Both the position numbers and the translations under genes were made by a program. 59,879 nucleotides of DNA from a virus. Its lineage: Duplodnaviria > Caudoviricetes. The stretch covers positions 1 to 59,879 of IMG/VR virus record IMGVR_UViG_3300031626_000002; one strand, 5' to 3'. The notes below the pieces were generated by a model, which made no database searches, had not been told where the DNA came from, and worked only from the letters and a program-made list of their open reading frames with translations. This document shows positions 56,931-59,879 of this stretch, piece after piece. How positions within the stretch are numbered: position 1 is the first letter of the stretch; every line of letters begins with the position of its first letter.

Positions 56931-58550
56931 CTATGTAGCTATGTAATCAAAACCAACCTCTTTATTCTGAAGTCGGGTAGTCTGTGCATCATATGTTGCA
57001 GCACCAGCATCACCTGTCTTACCTGTGAACCTAGACTTAAGCACCCTGAATTGAACAGTGTTACGTTCGTATTCATCGGCTGCTGTTAGGTTCCTAGAGA
57101 ATGCAACGATGTCAAAGGAGATCTGTTTGATAGAACCAGAACCCTTGATGTCATCGATGGATGCAATGTTACCATCCTCGAATGCTTTACCACCTTGTGC
57201 TTTACGAAGGTGAGAGATCAAGCCTAGCCAGATGTTGTGTCGCTTGACGATTTTGAGGAGGTCGGACATGAACTTGTCGATGGCTTCGTTACCTGATAGA
57301 CCGTCACTTCCTTCTGATACAGCGATTGTGATGTGGTCGAGGACCAGATATTTACAACCCATGAGGGCCATGTATTCGATCTTATCAATGAGGCTGTCAT
57401 CTCCAACTGATCCTTGGTGGTCGAGGAGGACGAGTCTTTCATCTCCAAACACTTGTTCAAAGCCCTGTCTAAGTTCATCTTCAGCCGGAGGTGTGTCTTC
57501 ATTAAGCGACTTCTTGAGTACCATGCCAATGAACTTCTCTGCCGTGTCTCCAACGCTTTCTTCCAGACTGATAAGCCCCACCCGATCTTCTGTTTTGTGG
57601 AGAAGATCCAGGATAATCTCTTTGATAATAGTAGACTTACCACTGCCAGTTCCAGAAGTGAATAGAGTAATCTCACCATGCCTAATCCCCTTTAATTTAC
57701 TATTTAAACCACTCAAACAATCAGGGTAGGGTACACACTCTACGTTCTGTCGTTGAATGAATTGATCCCAGATAGGTTTACCTGTAACGATACCTGAGGG
57801 GTTCCAACTCTGTGCATTCCACACACACTCTAGCAAAGTCTTCCAACCATGCTTGAGTAATGTAGCATTAGCGTCATTCTCTGGTAGCTTTGCGACTTTA
57901 GCCTTACCTGGTTTAATCATTTTACCAAGGAAGTCAGACATCTTCTTACCAGCTTCATCCTGATCCATCATAATTACGACAGTCTTGAAGGAGTTTATCC
58001 AATCCCTTTGAGCAAGAGCACAAGAGGTAGCAGATGAAGAAGGTACAGCAACCACAGAATAGGTTCTTCCGTACTTTTCTTTGTACGCTTGCGCGACACT
58101 GAGGGCATCGACTTCACCTTCACAGATGACCAACGTAAATCCAGATGTTGATTGTTGTTGTCCGAATAGTTCGACATTTTTAAAGTCTCCATGAGTACGA
58201 AACTCTTTTGGGAGCTTACGCTCTTTGTATGCAGATAGTTCTCCATTGATAGTGTAAGGGTAGAAGTGTGATTGAGGTTTACCATTAATATCTACAGACA
58301 TTTTGACATTGTAATGATCAATCACATCCTGAGAGATCCCACGACTAGACATTGGATAGCTTCTGTATGTACTAATCTCATCGATAATAGACGAGTTCAC
58401 AAGGAAGTCGTCTTGTTCTATCAGTTCCATTGGTTCTCTTTCATTTATAAATATGGTTGTGCCACATGAAAAGCAGTGGCTTCTTGGGTTGTCATCGTTA
58501 TACACATGGTTAGCATCAGAGCTTCCACATTTTTCACAATTAGTTTTCAC
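56931..58550 (-). CDS. Primase-helicase (T7 gp4-like)
   Basis: Zn finger, TOPRIM ICEGEVDAL / MDQDEAG, Walker A SGTGSGKST, LDHIT, KGSGSIKQ, LKSRFTG. Confidence 0.96.
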   Translation of the reverse strand: MKTNCEKCGSSDANHVYNDDNPRSHCFSCGTTIFINEREPMELIEQDDFLVNSSIIDEISTYRSYPMSSRGISQDVIDHYNVKMSVDINGKPQSHFYPYTINGELSAYKERKLPKEFRTHGDFKNVELFGQQQSTSGFTLVICEGEVDALSVAQAYKEKYGRTYSVVAVPSSSATSCALAQRDWINSFKTVVIMMDQDEAGKKMSDFLGKMIKPGKAKVAKLPENDANATLLKHGWKTLLECVWNAQSWNPSGIVTGKPIWDQFIQRQNVECVPYPDCLSGLNSKLKGIRHGEITLFTSGTGSGKSTIIKEIILDLLHKTEDRVGLISLEESVGDTAEKFIGMVLKKSLNEDTPPAEDELRQGFEQVFGDERLVLLDHQGSVGDDSLIDKIEYMALMGCKYLVLDHITIAVSEGSDGLSGNEAIDKFMSDLLKIVKRHNIWLGLISHLRKAQGGKAFEDGNIASIDDIKGSGSIKQISFDIVAFSRNLTAADEYERNTVQFRVLKSRFTGKTGDAGAATYDAQTTRLQNKEVGFDYIAT

Positions 58551-58580
58551 CAGAAATCCCTTTCGGTTTTTATATCACGA

Positions 58581-58979
58581 TTACGATTCTTTTTCTGTCG
58601 AGTCTTTGAATGCTTCGAATCCCACTTCAAGTTCTTTTGCTTTTGCAACTCGAACCCAGAGGTATTCTCTTCCTCGTTTAACTCTGTCTCTTTGAAGGAT
58701 GATTCCTTGTACCGTTTTATCATTGAACTCCTCGAATATACTTTGATAGGTATCAAGTAAAGGTTTGATTATGTTATCTAAATCAGAGGCTTTATTAGAG
58801 AGACCAGCATATACAATGAAGTGGACAGGGCTATCTTTAAAAGCCCATGTCTCACCCATTAGCATAACTGCCATCTCCTCTTGGAACCTCTTGTAATCAG
58901 CTGTCTTGTAGGTTGTCCTGCCTTTCCGAACAAACATCCTGTTTGCTGATAGTGGTTTCATCTGGAATAGGTTTTCCAT
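58581..58979 (-). CDS. RusA-like resolvase (variant copy)
   Basis: Variant of 854..1252. Confidence 0.8.
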   Translation of the reverse strand: MENLFQMKPLSANRMFVRKGRTTYKTADYKRFQEEMAVMLMGETWAFKDSPVHFIVYAGLSNKASDLDNIIKPLLDTYQSIFEEFNDKTVQGIILQRDRVKRGREYLWVRVAKAKELEVGFEAFKDSTEKES

Positions 58980-59250
58980 TGCGCCTCTCTGCTGTTCTAA
59001 TAGCATGACAGTTATGGCACACCACTTCTGTTTTAAATACCTCATTAAGTATATCACCGATATCTTTATCACAAGAGATCATTCGAGATACGTTGTGAAG
59101 TTTCTCATACTTAGGTAGATGGTCGAACCCTAGAGCATCTGGGTGTTTATCATAACCACAATCAGTACACCCTATATCAGTCTTCAGTATCCCTATGAAC
59201 TGACGCTTGCTTTTTCGACTTATACTCTTCAATTTGTTTCTTAATATCAT
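58897..59250 (-). CDS. HNH-type endonuclease (variant copy)
   Basis: Variant of 1170..1523. Confidence 0.75.
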   Translation of the reverse strand: MILRNKLKSISRKSKRQFIGILKTDIGCTDCGYDKHPDALGFDHLPKYEKLHNVSRMISCDKDIGDILNEVFKTEVVCHNCHAIRTAERRNGKPIPDETTISKQDVCSERQDNLQDS

Positions 59251-59879
59251 CTAGCTCTTCCCAAGATGTTAACATTGTTAATAGACGCTTGGAAGTGTCC
59301 GGATTACCGGACCTGTTTGTTCTCCAAGCAGCTCGCACCCTATTCCACCTGCGGTGCATAGGAACTCCATGTAGTATCTTCTCTGCTTTCTTAGGTCCAA
59401 CTCCTTTAATTCCAGGGATATTATCAGACCTATCCCCAGTAAGGCATTGAAGCATAAGCTTAAGATTAGCAGTGTCTTCATCAACCTCTGTGATTTCTTT
59501 CTTAACAAAGTTGTAATGTGTTCCAGGAATCTGGAGAAGATCTTTGTCAATTCCAACTACTGTATACTCCTGATCAGCAGATCTACACTCAGCAGCCCAG
59601 ATGGCAACAAGATCATCTGCTTCCATATCATCTGCCTCAACAGCAGAATACTTCTCAACCATGTACTTATGCCCATAGTTTAAGGCTTCTTTAACACTAG
59701 GCTCTATCTCCTTTCGGGTTCCTTTGTAGGGAGGGTAGATATCCTTTCGGAAATTACCCCTCCCCTTAATTGCTACGAGGAAACTATCAGACCCACAGTT
59801 ACGTTGGATCTCTCTCATAGTGTTGTCAATTCCCACACGTATCTCTTTCTGTTTGGTTGTTACACAAGCCATCCGAAAG
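59177..59879 (-). CDS. 5'-3' exonuclease (variant copy, 5' end cut by the window edge)
   Basis: Variant of 1450..2199. Confidence 0.9.
   Translation of the reverse strand, partial: FRMACVTTKQKEIRVGIDNTMREIQRNCGSDSFLVAIKGRGNFRKDIYPPYKGTRKEIEPSVKEALNYGHKYMVEKYSAVEADDMEADDLVAIWAAECRSADQEYTVVGIDKDLLQIPGTHYNFVKKEITEVDEDTANLKLMLQCLTGDRSDNIPGIKGVGPKKAEKILHGVPMHRRWNRVRAAWRTNRSGNPDTSKRLLTMLTSWEELDDIKKQIEEYKSKKQASVHRDTED

Larger units (their letters stand above)
57728..59879. repeat. Right copy of the imperfect terminal duplication
   Basis: See 1-2152. Confidence 0.97.

Noticed and set aside
57728-59879. Biological direct terminal repeat or gene duplication
   Set aside because: The copies are divergent, cut through genes and have k-mer-sized identical ends; an assembly origin is more likely.
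1-59879. Prophage or temperate lifestyle
   Set aside because: No integrase, repressor or flanking host genes recognised.

Overview
An apparently complete, circularly permuted genome (unit length 57,727 bp) of a lytic podovirus-like dsDNA phage. Positions 1-2152 recur imperfectly at 57728-59879. A marine alphaproteobacterial host is plausible from the NrdJ/ThyX/glutaredoxin gene set, but this is inference. The minus strand carries small early genes, an SSB, nucleotide-metabolism genes, PolA, an exonuclease, a RusA-like resolvase, a primase-helicase and a 764-aa T7-type RNA polymerase. The plus strand carries TerL, portal, scaffold, capsid, several tail fibres, a class II RNR, the tail nozzle and large cysteine-free ejection proteins. 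Main finding: the last ejection-cluster gene (50812-54312) has every catalytic motif of a second single-subunit RNA polymerase resembling the N4 virion RNAP. Two promoter-like classes are also visible: four covarying hairpins in front of early minus-strand units, and five copies of a T7-style linear motif (TTCTCTAAGTTCCTTATAGRG), four of them in front of late units. Also seen: a five-copy covarying pseudoknot motif, a highly structured non-coding region at about 9.8-10.4 kb, paired motif A/B substitutions in PolA, and an SNase-like domain in an ejection protein. All calls come from motif recognition by eye; no searches were run.
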